A DNA stretch of 50,612 bases, taken from Nemertoderma westbladi. Lineage: Eukaryota > Animalia > Xenacoelomorpha. The translations under genes and the position numbers were made by a program. The stretch covers positions 1-50,612 of the forward strand of contig JAUCBJ010004883.1 of NCBI GenBank assembly GCA_032718475.1. Direction: 5' to 3'. How positions within the stretch are numbered: the first letter of the stretch is position 1; the number at the start of each line of letters is the position of its first letter. The notes beneath the pieces are model-generated. The model was not told where the DNA came from, searched no databases, and saw nothing but the letters and a program-made list of their open reading frames with translations. Positions 38,291 through 50,612 of this stretch are shown piece after piece.

Positions 38291-39407
38291 GGGTAGGTGT
38301 CGCAGTTTAGATTTGGCACCAAATTTTGGTGCCAGCACCAAATTTTGTCAATATCAATAATATATAATTGTATAAGAGTTTTCTAACTTGTATTTTTCGC
38401 TGGAGGATGAATACATTTTTGAAAATAAGAAAATTGATCAAGATATAGTATCATCTTGTTTCTTGCTTTATACAGGTTTATGAGGGCCCTGAATCCGATG
38501 GAATCGATAAAAACAGCACTGGTCAGACATCTAAAATTTGTACTTTTTGGTTATGGGTATGAAATCTGTCAGAAAGTGTCATTCAAGCGCGAACCCATAA
38601 GGCAGGTGGGGGTGCCTTGTTACTGTGGGGATTATACTTAATGTTATTGAGTTTATTGTTTTCCATAAATTAACCAAAGCAAACAGTCGGCCAAAGCCAG
38701 AGGCAACCCAAAGGCTCCTCGTTTGATAGCTGCTACCCGAAGGTAGGGATGGGCCAATTATTGCTCCCAGTAATTAAAGTTTTTAATGTATTTGGTATTG
38801 GTTTGTAGTGTAATTTATCGACTCCAGTGGATGAATATATCTTTGCAGCTAATATATTGTACTACTTTAATTACTTAATTAATTAATGAACCTTGTGTGT
38901 GAATTTTTTAAAAATTCCATGGACTATAGAGCAAGGCATTGACAATAACTTTATATATAGAACCAATTTCTGTTTCAACTGGTCATATATTTGTTGCTTA
39001 TGACTTGGACTCCAGCGAAGGTTAGGCTGAGTCAGACCCATACTCAGAAGAGGTTTCTATGGGCACTGATAGTACAGATGAAGCAATTAATCTTACTTAT
39101 GTGTATGAAGCTCAGTGACACGAAACATATTCCAGTGGATCAAAAGATCAAGTTTTAGCTAGAAAAGATATCGGTTTACTGAAGTATGACTCTACAAGAT
39201 CAGTTGCCGTAATCTCAGTTGAATTAAGAATATATTTATTGGCAATTAATCTTCTTTCATTTCATAATAGTTCTGGACCATTTACTGGTAGTACTGATTA
39301 ATATGTCAGATCTGAAACAAAAGAAACAAAATATACACAATTAATCTTTGGAATGACAACAGAAGCGAATAAGGGAACTTTTATTGGCATGTTTAAGTTA
39401 TTAGCAA

Positions 39408-40290
39408 TGAATTAAGCAATGAATTAGCACTGGATTACGCAATGAGGACGGCCACAAAGGGTGAAGATCTGGGATTCACACTTCAAGAACGCAGAAGTAG
39501 TAGATATCCGGCAACTACAGTCACAGACACCGACTTTGCGGATGACATCGCCCTGCTCTCTAATACGCTAGCAGATGCACAGCTTCTACTAAATAAAGTG
39601 GAGAGGGCTGCTAAGCAGGTTGGATTGCATATAAATGCTACCAAGACCGAATTCAGGACCTTTAATGTTGATGGAAACTTGACAACCATTGATAATAATC
39701 AACTAAGGCAGGTCGATGACTTCCAGTACCTTGGATCATGGATAGAGAGTAGCAAAAAGGACATAGAAGTTAGGAAAGCAAAGGCTTGGGTAGCTCTATC
39801 AAAAATGGATACCATCTGGAAATCAGATCTCTCCAGGCACCTGAAGACCAAGTTCTTTCGAGCCACAGTGGAAAGTGTATTTTTATACGGGGGTGAGACC
39901 TGGACACTTACTAAATCACTTGAACAACGAATTGATGGTTGCTACACAAGACTACTAAGGGCAGCCCTAAACATCAGCTGGAGACAACACATGACAAACG
40001 CCGAGCTTTATGGTACAATACCACCTGTATCAACCACCCTCCGTGAACGCAGATTAAGATTCAGTGGGCACTGCTGGCGAAGTAAAGATGAGGTCATACC
40101 AGATCTACTTCTCTGGCAACCAACTCATGGAAAGCGTAGTCGTGGACGACCTGCCATAACATATATAGATCAACTTGAAAGGGATACTGAACTTGGGAGA
40201 AACGAAATTGCGACAACTATGGAGAATCGGGAAGCCTGGAAGGATCTCATTTCCACTGTCCGAGTTCGCTCGACCTAGTAGTAGTAGTAG
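39408..40290 (+). mobile_element. 5'-truncated RTE-clade LINE with open ORF 39442-40278, (TAG)n tail and 14-bp TSD
   Basis: DTDFADDIALL, FQYLGS, LYGGETWTLT, RRLRFSGHCWR, RSRGRP; TSD taagttattagcaa at 39394-39407 and 40291-40304. Confidence 0.93.
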
Positions 40291-40350
40291 TAAGTTATTA
40301 GCAAAGTATGATACCGTTCTAGACAGCCACATTCAATATGCACATAATCA

Positions 40351-40502
40351 TCAAAGGGTTTCCTATTTGTCAAAGGGTTTCCTATTTGTCGAAGGGTTTC
40401 CTATTTGTCAAAGGGTTTCCTATTTGTCAAAGGGTTTCCTATTTGTCAAAGGGTTTCCTATTTGTCAAAGGGTTTCCTATTTGTCAAAGGGTTTCCTATT
40501 TG
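40351..40502. repeat. 19-bp tandem repeat, 8 copies
   Basis: Unit tcaaagggtttcctatttg, nearly perfect. Confidence 0.95.
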
Positions 40503-40999
40503 CCACTCAGAATCCAAAATTAATTTCTCGATATTCTTGCCCATAAATTTGCTGCGAAATTATAAATGATATTAAAAGCAACAAATATTTTGCAATGCTG
40601 TATGATACAACACCTGATGGTGTACTCCATGAGCACATGTCCTAAGTCATTCGGTTTGTTGATATAGACTATGAGTGGAAGGAAGCCTGCATTAAGGAAG
40701 TGTTCATTGAATTTATTAACATCTCATTATACCAATTGTGGTCAAATATTGTGATTTTTTTTATTATTTCATCTAGAGCAGAATTTTATGAGAATTTTAA
40801 ATCTCAAAACTGCTTGGCGAGATCTAATTTACTTCTCGAGTTATGGCGGATTTTCTATCTGTATGTCGGTCGACTGTCTGATAATATTAAAGCACCTGTT
40901 GGTTTGCATGACATAGTGAGAGAATAGTAGTACATAGTGACATAGTAGAATGGATTTCGATAAAAAGAAAAGGAAAAAATTGTTTTCTGGTGTTTCATT

Positions 41000-42240
41000 C
41001 ACAGCACCTATATAAACTAGAACCAGTAAAAGAAGTACTGGTGTCGGGACCAGTCGTTGGTAGCTCTGAAGGACGTCTAATGATGGAATTGTCAGCATTC
41101 ATAAAATGTCCTAACACAATACACCAACATTTTTGCCAAGGTGTATTACAAATTTGTGTGCAGACCACTCCAGGTTTTTATTTTTCCCTGAAGTTACTGT
41201 GTCAACACTAATTTTGAAGACATCTTTCAAAGTGTTGATAGTGATTCAATAAGAGGATATCATCAAATAAACCTGCGTATTGCATTGACTTTTATGGCTA
41301 TGGGGGGATCTCATAATAGCGCTAATCAGTTTTCTGAAGTTTCATTATCTCAACTACCTGTTACAAAGATTCGATGGAACATATACAATTGAGATAAGTT
41401 CAGTTGTTGAAAAACTCTATTGGGAACCACAGGAATGAAGCATCAAAGTTGTGGAATGAAATGGCTTCTAATGATATGCACTCAACTTTGTAGTTGATTA
41501 TATTCCAAATATTAATTTAACATTTGATGAGACATAGCAAAAACCTGTGCACACTTCTTTATACTGTGTTGCATTTGTTATTTTAGCCATATCTGGTGCA
41601 GTATTGGATTGTTTTGCAGTGTCTAAATCTTGTAATATTTGTCGAAAATGTAGCACAAAACCAAATGTGCCCACCCACAAATGTGCTACAAACTTTACGG
41701 GAAGCAGTCCTTCAATGGAGACACATGCCACTAAACAGATGTGGAATAGATTCATAGCCTTGCATCAATGACGATATAAGTTGTCGTATACGAGATGTTG
41801 AGTGATGGTAATAGTGCTGTATTTGTCCAGATGTATGATAATCCTCCTTATTGTTCAGCACATCCTATTATAAAATTGGAATGTATAAATCATGTCGCCA
41901 GACAGATTACTCATGGGTTGGGGAATGCTCATAGGGATCACAAGATTGGTAGAGTAGAAAGAGTAACTCAGAAAATGATATACAAAATGAGTAGATGGAC
42001 ATGGGCATCTTATTCGCTTTCAATTTTCTTGCCCCTTCGCTTGCGATTTGGGATATCTTATTCTCACATCATAGATGAGAATATTCTTGTCATAGATGAA
42101 TGATGGCATAATCGACTTCTTATCCGGAAGTACTGGTAGCATCAGGTACTTCGGAAGGGATAATGGAGAGAAGCCACTGATGCTTGACTGGATATTGGGC
42201 CAGTTATGACAAAACCAGACCCCAGATTCTGGTTAGATCT
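41000..42240 (+). mobile_element. Mutator-like transposase remnant, copy 2
   Basis: VLDCFAVSKSCNIC..HKCATNFTGSSPSME..LSDGNS..PPY..KLECINHVAR. Confidence 0.75.
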
Positions 42241-42869
42241 GAGCCTCGACTCTATCATTAACAGCATCCATCAGTTTGGAACAGAGATGGAAATACACTC
42301 TTTGAAAGGTAGTCTAGTTTAGGGTACCTTGTTTTTAAAGTCTTGTAGAATAAAGACAAAACAGCTGATGAACTACAGTAAGTTTATTACTACCAAGTTA
42401 TTATTATGTAGATAAAATACAATTATAATTGTATAGAAACATTAATATGTCGCAACCAGTCTGTAGGCTGTGACTATGTACAGAACATGTACATATGTAT
42501 ACTGTACGGTACTAATAATTCTGAAATATCCTGAATGCATTGCATACAAGCAGCATACTGAATTTTTCGTAATAAAACGTAATAATCGATTTGCTATCAT
42601 AGAACTATAACAGATTGGATGTCAGAGATTGTCATTAGCAATACCGTGGTCGTGATAATGAAACCCGATATAGATGAAGAAAACGACTATGGCCACGATG
42701 ATTATGGCAGTAGTTGGGTACCGGACGTTTTGAAACAGATTGGCAACCACGAACGCACAGCTACTACTACTATGATCGGCATGCTGCATTGCAGCTACAT
42801 TTTTAAGAATGCTGTGCCGGCTTGACGACAAAATAGCGCCGCCACAACTCCCTATATATAAATATGGCA

Positions 42870-45190
42870 TATCACCCATGACATTTGCTAGATCATCCGC
42901 ATATTCAAGGCCAGTGTCCTTTAAGATGCGTCTCAAGAAAGTCATGGGCTGTCCACCATGCTTATTCACTCCATGAGGCTGCCAAAGAGACACCTCCAAT
43001 GTTATATAGTGTCTGGTTGGAGATGTGTGCATTGTACTTGACACAATGAACCCGGCGTAGCATTCTTGTGAATGTGCCATCCAGAGATTTGGTGTCCTCA
43101 GCAGTTAGAGCCCAGCATGGACTCCCATAGAGGAGTACTGGAACTACTGCTGCTCTAAATAATCGGATCTTAAGTTTCCGATTAATTCTCGGTGACTTCC
43201 AAGTCCTGGAAAGCCTATTCAAGGCTGCCCATGCCTTTCCCTTACGTATTTGAAGGTCCTCATCTGACTTCCAGATCCAAAAAGTAAAAAAAAAGTAAAT
43301 TTTCTTTGGCCGCTAGGCCAGGGATTACGCACAAAGTCTGACGACTTATTTCCAGTGCGGTCCCCCCAGAACTTTACTCCCCAGAGGAAACTCCAGTACT
43401 CATTTAGCTACCACTTAAGGATGCAAGGCATAGATGCGCCCTGGCTGGTCCCTTTAAAGCATTCATGCTGAAACGAGAACTGCCCTGGCCCATGTGAGGA
43501 TCGAACCCACGACCTACAGGAGATGTGAATTCAATGCAACCACTATACCAAGATGGAACCTTGGTGGTCTACCAAGGTGGATCCATGATCCCAGGTTACA
43601 GAAGTCGTCCACATGCTCAAGCATACCATCCTTTGAACTTATGCTCATCCAATCAGATACTTGCTGAGGACTTTCAAAGTTAACTGTCAAAATTTTGGTC
43701 TTTCTGGAGTTAATAAAAAGACCAAGACTAGAAGCAGCATGTTCTAATGAGCTGAGGAGCCGTTGGGCTCCCTCTAGTGATTCTGAGAGTACTCCTAAGT
43801 CATCAGCAAAGTCTAGATCAGTTAGGTACTTGGCAGGATTTCCTCGAGTTAAGGACAATCGTAGAACATAGTTCGAGTCGGGACTCTTTCTGCGCCTTAT
43901 AAAGGTCATTTTGGCACTTCTGAATTTTGTTGTCAGTCCAGGGGGCCCTTTTCCTGTTTCGAGGGTATACAGGAACTGTATCTGCAGCTGCTAACCTAAC
44001 TGCTTCTGTGAAGGCAGTATAGCCCTCACAGTGATCTGCCGCCTCAGAGGCAAGAACCTCATACCTGTTGCTCGGCTGTAGTGTGAAGCTGGATCTCACA
44101 CTTGGCTGTTGCAACAGAGAGGACCAGTCATGCTGCGGCAAGGCAGATTTCGTTGTTCTGCTAGCACGCAGACTAACACGCTTACCTTGGCCACAATAAG
44201 GCGGTGATCACTGGAGAAGGGTCGAAGTGTAAATGCATTACAGTCTTGTATAGAGCTCCTGATATTTCCTACGAAACAGAATATGGTCTATCTGGGACTT
44301 TTGACCACTGGGTCCACTATGAGTCCATAGCTTTCCAGTTCGCTTCTTGAACTGGGTTCCAGCCGAAAACAATCCATTTCCAGAGATAAAATCCTGAAGA
44401 TGGACGGAATTTCGGTTAACACTATTGCTATAGACCCAGGGCGATGTAGGTGATTGATGCAGTCTCCCAGGAATGTTAAGAATGCATGCTGATCCACTCC
44501 ATCAGTAGCTGCTTATAGATTATGGTAGAAATTTTCCACCTCCTCTACAGGGGCAACACTAGTTGGAGAGTAGCACACAATCAGAACCACCTTAGGAAAC
44601 TTCTTAGCCAGTCTTCCAGAACATGAGAAGTGACAACGGATGATGCGGTTAGAGATTTGGTCTATTTTGTCCAATGCTGCATGTGCAGTTGGATTCATCA
44701 ATAGACCAATTCCACCATTGCCACTATCATCTGCTGAAGCGAGGGCGAGTCGCCAACCGTCCCCCATGTCCTTTATCAGAACCTCATCAGTCTGTCCAGT
44801 CTGCATCCGGTGCTCTTGAACACCCACTGCGCTAAGAGAAAGCTTATCTGCCAAGGCAGTCAGCTCACCTTGTCGCATTGGGGACCCGAGTGTTAGGGTG
44901 TTTACTGAGGCTACTCTAGTGAGAACACTCTACTTCTGACCAGCCATTGGTAGATCACCATCTGCCTGGCCAGGCCATATACCCCTGAAGCCAAGTATAT
45001 GGGTCCTTAATCCAGGACCAAGGGCGTCCTTAACCCAGAACAAAGGGGATCCTAGTTACAGGACCAGATTTGCCCTAGTAAGAGGGTCTATGCAGCTACA
45101 GGTGGCACCTCCTTTATGCTGCATGGAGGTGGCAAGTTTTCCTGATCATTGACCTAGAATACCTGACCTGACCTAGGCACAGCAGTGATG
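42870..45190 (-). mobile_element. RTE-clade LINE (APE plus RT), internally deleted and frameshifted
   Basis: VGVQEHR, IVCYSPTS, SDHR (APE); YLTDLDFADDL, LGSWI, VLLYGSPCWALT (RT). Confidence 0.85.
43280..43579 (-). mobile_element. Full-length tRNA-derived SINE inserted in the RTE RT
   Basis: A/B boxes (tggtatagtgg, ggttcgatcc), tttac/T-rich tail, TSD gatcca at 43274-43279 and 43580-43585; removing it restores LGSWIWKSDEDLQIRKGKAW. Confidence 0.88.
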
Positions 45191-46208
45191 AACGCAACAC
45201 CGACAAGTTCACTTTTCACCGTACCCATGCCACTGAACGTCACACATATCAGCCAGTTTCAATGCAATGTGCCAAGTTAATGTGTTAACACTTTCAGTGT
45301 TTATAGTAACTAAACTGCAAGGTGAAAAAAATTTATGCATGCTCAAAAGTTTATAATTGATTGATAGTTTCGATTTATATATTTAAAAATCACCTATGAA
45401 AAATATGAACACATCAGGTAAAAAAATGTAAATTTATGATCACTTTAGATCACTTTAGATTTCGGGGTCTTAGTTTTTAATGTACAGTTCGAGAGTGTAT
45501 AACTTTTTTCAGCGCTGTATGCTATTTATTTCGGAATACCCGTTTGGTTAAATGTTTATTGTATGCCTTTTGATTTATCACCTCATAGGCGTAGCCAGTT
45601 CGATACAGTATAGGGCTTTAGGAAGTTTTATATGGAGCAGTAGGTAGGGTCTTAGTTTTTAATGTATAGTTTGAGATTGTATACCTTTTTTCAGCGCTGT
45701 ATGCTATTTATTTCGGAATACCCATTTGGTTAAATGTTTATTGTTTGCCTTTTGATTTATAACCTCATACACGTAGCCAGTTTGATACAGTATAGGGCTT
45801 TAGAAAGTTTTACAGTGAGCAGTAGTCTGACTGGGACTGTCGGTAGGCAGGCCTGTGGTATGCAGCATGACCGGTGATATTTGGGTTCAATCCCTAGGCG
45901 ACCGGTACTGCTGGGGGGGGGGGGGGGGGGGGGGGTGGTAATGCATGTTGTTGGGCCGACATTTTTGCGAATACGATGTAAGTTTAAGAGGTAGCTACTA
46001 AAATAAAACGGGTTAGGTTTTTCATTGCCTTTTGTCATGTTTCAGTTGGTGTATTACTGTATTTAGAATATTATTGTGTATCTATTTCTGCTTTTTCTAT
46101 TTAGGCTAGTACTGCAGTGCTGTCCGACTATGGACCTTGGGTGGAGGGAACATTTATTATGTAACTAATTGTAACAATGTAACATGTAAATATTTATTTA
46201 ATTTAATT

Positions 46209-46281
46209 GGATACCTTGATAAAGGGCCGAGTGCCAGAAATCGATCGGTAAACTCTAACTTGTTTAGTATTCAGGGTATCC
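46209..46281 (+). ncRNA. Hammerhead ribozyme motif in the Penelope 5' pseudo-LTR
   Basis: tacc-TTGATAA-agggc cgagt gcc a-GAAA-tcga-TC-ggta; palindromic stem III, immediately upstream of the ORF. Confidence 0.6.
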
Positions 46282-46303
46282 CCAGCGGTTAATTATATTT
46301 CTT

Positions 46304-49300
46304 ATGATGAACAAACAACCCCTAAAGTCGGCCTGCCGCACCATCTCAAAGTTTAATCTTAATAACGGGGCAACTTACGGCATCCGCAACTTATTTAGGC
46401 TAAAACAAAAGATGATTAGGATACCTCTTATGATAAAATTTAACAGGGAATGTCGGACTAGGAAACTCGTACCAAAGTACCTGGGGGATGTTTACATGAA
46501 AGGGAGCCGGTTACATTGGACCCTGGCAACGGACTTTGTGAGAAGAGCTCTATCTCGGGATTTAGGGGCCTTGTACGCGAGATTGAAAATCGTATGGAGG
46601 GAATGGGAAACTGAATTTAATAACTTCCTACGGCTGGTCCGTAACATCGAGCGGAGGAACTGTAGGGAAGGGGAGGCACAGGTTTTGTTCAGTTTCGTTA
46701 TGTGGTGGTCGGATAGGATAGCAGAATGCGAAACGAGGGAGCGTTCGAGTATTCACGGGAGGAAACTAAGGTCCTTAATTACAATGGACCGCTCGGGATT
46801 CTGGGATGGGCGGTGAGGAGCCACCTCGCGGGAGGGGGTTTAGAGGGTGAAGGAGCACATGGAGGGAAGCGGAAACCGGCAGGAACGAGGGTTCTCAACC
46901 TCTCCTCCAAAGAGATTAGCGACACACAGATGGAAGTCCTGGGTTTGGGGTTCGGTTTTGTTCCTGTACCCTGTTCCTGTAATGAACTTATCGACACCCA
47001 TACAGCCATTTCTAGATGTGGTTCACGTATCAGGAACCACGTCCGCAGACAGATACAGAGATTGGAGGACACAGTGATTATGGGAGCTGCAACAGTGGAG
47101 GGCAATGGGCCGGATCCATTACCGGATAAGATGCAGGTCTCGTTCGACAATCGCCCGCTTACACCGGGCAGAACGAAACCGGATTTCCCATATTTAGTGA
47201 GGGTGGGGAATGAAGATCTCTTGGTGGGGGATTTGGGAACATCGATCGTAGGTTCTAACGAGGGAGGGGTGTGGGTTTCGACACCGATGGATACCAATCT
47301 GTTTGGGAGGGGGGCCGTTTCGAGGTTTTTGTTCGGTTTCCCTGGAGGGGAAGTGAGCAGAGTGAGCGGACGGGAAATGGCGGAGAAGGAGTTCCCACCA
47401 ACTAAGCAGGGGAGTCCCATAATACCGGAGTTGTGTACCGGGGAGTCGACACCGAGGCGTTCCTACGGAGCCAAGCGGGAGGGTTTGTCAACCGGGATGC
47501 CAGTCATGATGCCGGAGTCGAGGGCTCTACCTTTCCTCTCCCACGAGGGAGGGGGTAGGGAGGACCAGGCGGGAACTGCAATCCCTTTGAATTATAAACC
47601 TCTTCTCATTCCCTATAAGTGTAGATACGTGGCCACAACGTGCGTGGATGACAGCGTGGATGCGTTTTTAGGGGAACTGCACAGAGTAGCGGAGAAGACT
47701 GTGGGTAGAATTAAACCGAAACCAAACCTAACTGTTTCCCAACTTAAGGGGATAAAAGACCTAAGGAAAGATTCATCTTTGTCGGTTGTATGGGGGGACA
47801 AGACGGGGAATGTTATAATTATCGATGCGAGTATAAGGAAGTAGGAAATACAGAGAGCATTGGAGGATAAATCGACGTATGAGGTTTTACGTGAGGACAA
47901 CCAATAAGTTTACTGTGGAATTAAAGAGGATTTTGATTAAATACGAGGTAGGGGATAAACCTTTACGTACCTATGTCGTACTGAAGAGACCCGTAACGGG
48001 TTACGTGTTTACCCTTTTCAAAGATCATAAAGACCCGTCGGAGTGGATACTCTGGGAGGGAGGAATTAGGATCCCGAAAGCAAGACTGATTATCGCCGCC
48101 ACGGGAACAGTATCGGAGCGCGCGGCGCAGCTCCTGAACACCTTGTTACAACCCCTATTGGAAAGGATGGCACATTTCATCCTGGACTCAGCATCAGCGA
48201 GGAGGAGTTTACCACGGGAGCCACACGAGCACATCACCTTTATGGCTTTGGATGATAAGTTTATGTATCCTTCCATCGACCATGCAATGGCAACGGACGC
48301 CATAACTTTATCCCTACAGGAGAATCCGGACGTGATGGAGGACACCGGTTACTCAATTGAAAAAATAACTGTGTTATTACAATACGTGCTAACTCATACT
48401 TATTTTCGTGTTGAAAAAATATTTTATTTGCTTATAAAATGGATAGCTATGGGGGGGCCAGCAGGAAAATCGATAGCCATACTGACCGTGGATAGGGTAC
48501 ACACACACATTGGAATTATTACATTACGCAGCACTATGTACTTTAAAACTTTTGTGGACGACGCTGAAGGTATTTTTAACAAGATCCTAAAGGAGACGGA
48601 TAAGCAGGACATAGTCGACAGGTACAAGGGGGCTAGTGGGGTGGTGTTTGGGCGGGGTGTGATACAATTTACACTGGAATTTTCCCACGAGAGATCGACG
48701 TTTTTGGATTTAGATTTATTTGTGCGGGGATCGGATAGGGTTATCGGGACCGCCAGGTTCATTTTACGGAACTATCGAACAAGCTACCAATACCCTATGA
48801 GAGTTTTCATGACAACAGGGTGCTCCAGGGGGTGGTCAGGGGCCAGGTGCAAAGGTTCTGGAGGTTAACCGGGGGAGGGGGGGGGGGGGGGGGTAGGGGT
48901 TTCCAGTCAGCTAGGGACCGCTATCTAACGGACTGTTGGGCTGTGGGATATCCGAGGGAATTTTTAGAGGGGGTGAGGGACATGGGGGAGGGGGGGGACG
49001 AAACCCCAGGGGCAAAAGGAGGTGCATCGGGGTAAACAAAGGGTTTTTCTTCCGGTGGCGGGGGGCCCCGTAGGCGAGGCTTTGAAACAGGTTATAAGGA
49101 AACACAGGGGAGCTCTGACCAAGTGGGGCCTCACGGTGGGCACCTCGGGGAGGAGTGGTTTGAATTTGGAGAAGTTGTTGGTAGAGAAGAGGGAGAAAAC
49201 CCCGGCGGTGGGTAATGTTAGGTGCGAGAGAGGGGGTTGTCAGACATGTGACCAGATTTTGGATAGGGAGTTTACCCTGTGGGGGGATAGGTTGAGCGGT

Positions 49301-49630
49301 TCGTTTGATTGTACTTCGAGTAACGTTCTATATTTGATTTCGTGTGGGAAACATCCGGATGAATACTACATAGGCCAGACGAAACAACGTTTGAATGAAT
49401 GCATGAATGGTCATAATTCTGTGATAAGAGCCTTTAGAGGGGCGCCTCATCCCGAATACCATGAACTAAATGAGATTTTATTAGCGGAACATTTCAGAAT
49501 GTGCGAGTTGAGCGATTTGAAGGTGAATGTATTTAGGAAATATAGGAATGGCGCGGATAGGATACACGGGGAAGCTAACTACATTAGCAAATACAGACCG
49601 CCGTTAAACAAAATGCGACCAACGATATGA
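46304..49630 (+). pseudogene. Penelope polyprotein (RT plus Cys-linker plus GIY-YIG endonuclease) broken by frameshifts
   Basis: KFNRECRTRKLVPKYL; VLNLSSKEIS..LGLGFGFVP; NLT..KDLRKD; KDHK..ARLII; MYPSI; IAMGGP; FVDD; IQFTLE..FLDL; RCERGGCQTC; FDCTSSNVLYLISC..YYIGQTKQRLNE. Confidence 0.9.
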
Positions 49631-50612
49631 GGGGCTATTGATAACATTGGGTATTTATTGCGCTATAAATTTCGGCAATTTAGTTTGTTGTAGTTAGAGA
49701 TTGTATAACTTTTCTCTGCGTTGTATGCTATTTGTTTTAAACGGAATCTATTTTGGATTAGCGGATTGGATAAATGTTTATTGTATCCCTTTTTGGTATA
49801 TCATCTCATACGCGTAGCCATTTTGATGCAGCATAGATTGGGTATTTGGTGCACTGTAGATTTCGGGATCTTAGTTTTTAATGTATAGTTAGAGATTGTA
49901 TAACTTTTTTCAGCGCTGTATGCTATTTATTTCGGAATACCCGTTTGGTTAAATGTTTATTGTATGCCTTTTGTTTTATCACCTCATACGCGTAGCCAGT
50001 TCAATACAGTATAGGGCTTTAGGAAGTTTTATATGGAGCAGTAGGGTCTTAGTTTTTAATGTATAGTTAGAGATTGTATACCTTTTTTCACCGCTGTATG
50101 CTATTTATTTCGGAATACCCGTTTGGTTAAATGTTTATTGTTTGCCTTTTGATTTATAACCTCATACGCGTAGCCAGTTTGATACAGTATAGGGCTTTAG
50201 AAAGTTTTACAGTGAGCAGTAGTCTGACTGGGACTGTCGGTAGGCAGGCCTGTGGTATGCAGCATGACCAGCGGTATTTCGCTTGGGGGGGTGGGGGGGG
50301 GGGGGGGGGGGGGGTAATGCCGTCATGTTGGCATTGTTGGGCCGACATTTTTGCGAATACGATGTAAGTTTAAGAGGTAGCTACTGAACTAAAACGGGTT
50401 AGGTTTTTCATTGCCTTTTGTCATGTTTCAGTTGGTGTATTACTGTATTTAGAATATTATTGTGTATCTACGTAGGTTATGATGTGACAATAAAAAATTC
50501 GTATTATCCAACCAAATTACATTCTTGCCGTTTGAAAATTTAGGCTACTTGTATTTTTCGCTCCACCAGACAAGAACCAAAAACGATAGTTACGTAATTT
50601 TTTTTTACAAAG

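Larger units (their letters stand above)
39361..40720 (+). pseudogene. hAT (ZMYM1/DUF4371-like) transposase remnant split by the RTE insertion
   Basis: NKG(N)FIGMFKLLAKYDTVLDSHI..SYLS..QN..MLYDTTPD..EHMS*VIRFVD..IKEVFIEF. Confidence 0.7.
45457..50470 (+). mobile_element. Penelope-like element (Neptune-type) with pseudo-LTRs
   Basis: Direct repeats 45457-46084 and 49858-50470, built from ~175-bp subrepeats, flank an RT plus GIY-YIG coding region. Confidence 0.92.

Noticed and set aside
5172-47844. Stop-codon reassignment suggested by in-frame TAG/TGA at 5172, 14454, ~25320 and 47842
   Set aside because: Several of these genes and their neighbours also have frameshifts or insertions, and TAG/TGA terminate other ORFs normally; simple decay explains it.
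45457-50470. LTR retrotransposon
   Set aside because: No gag, protease or integrase and no TG..CA ends; RT plus GIY-YIG identifies a Penelope-like element.

Overview
AT-rich eukaryotic genomic DNA, probably a marine invertebrate (inference from GT-AG introns and the animal-type transposon families). The window is almost entirely nested, decayed mobile elements, and no intact host gene is evident. DNA transposons: two tandem Academ-like DDE transposase pseudogenes facing a PHD-like gene with a 24-bp minisatellite; a pogo-like fragment; two CMC/EnSpm-type elements with CCC...GGG termini and 2-bp TSDs (one with transposase plus a DUF4806-like ORF2, one carrying only an intron-containing BEN-domain pseudogene); Mutator-like and hAT remnants; several MITEs and Helentron-like pieces. 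Retroelements: CRE, CR1 and RTE LINE fragments, tRNA-derived SINEs, and a near full-length Neptune-type Penelope-like element with pseudo-LTRs, a retained intron and a hammerhead motif. Also present: an unidentified four-exon pseudogene, two further hammerhead motifs, a possible HDV-like ribozyme, and many short motifs resembling transposon excision footprints. Family assignments come from my own motif recognition, not database searches.
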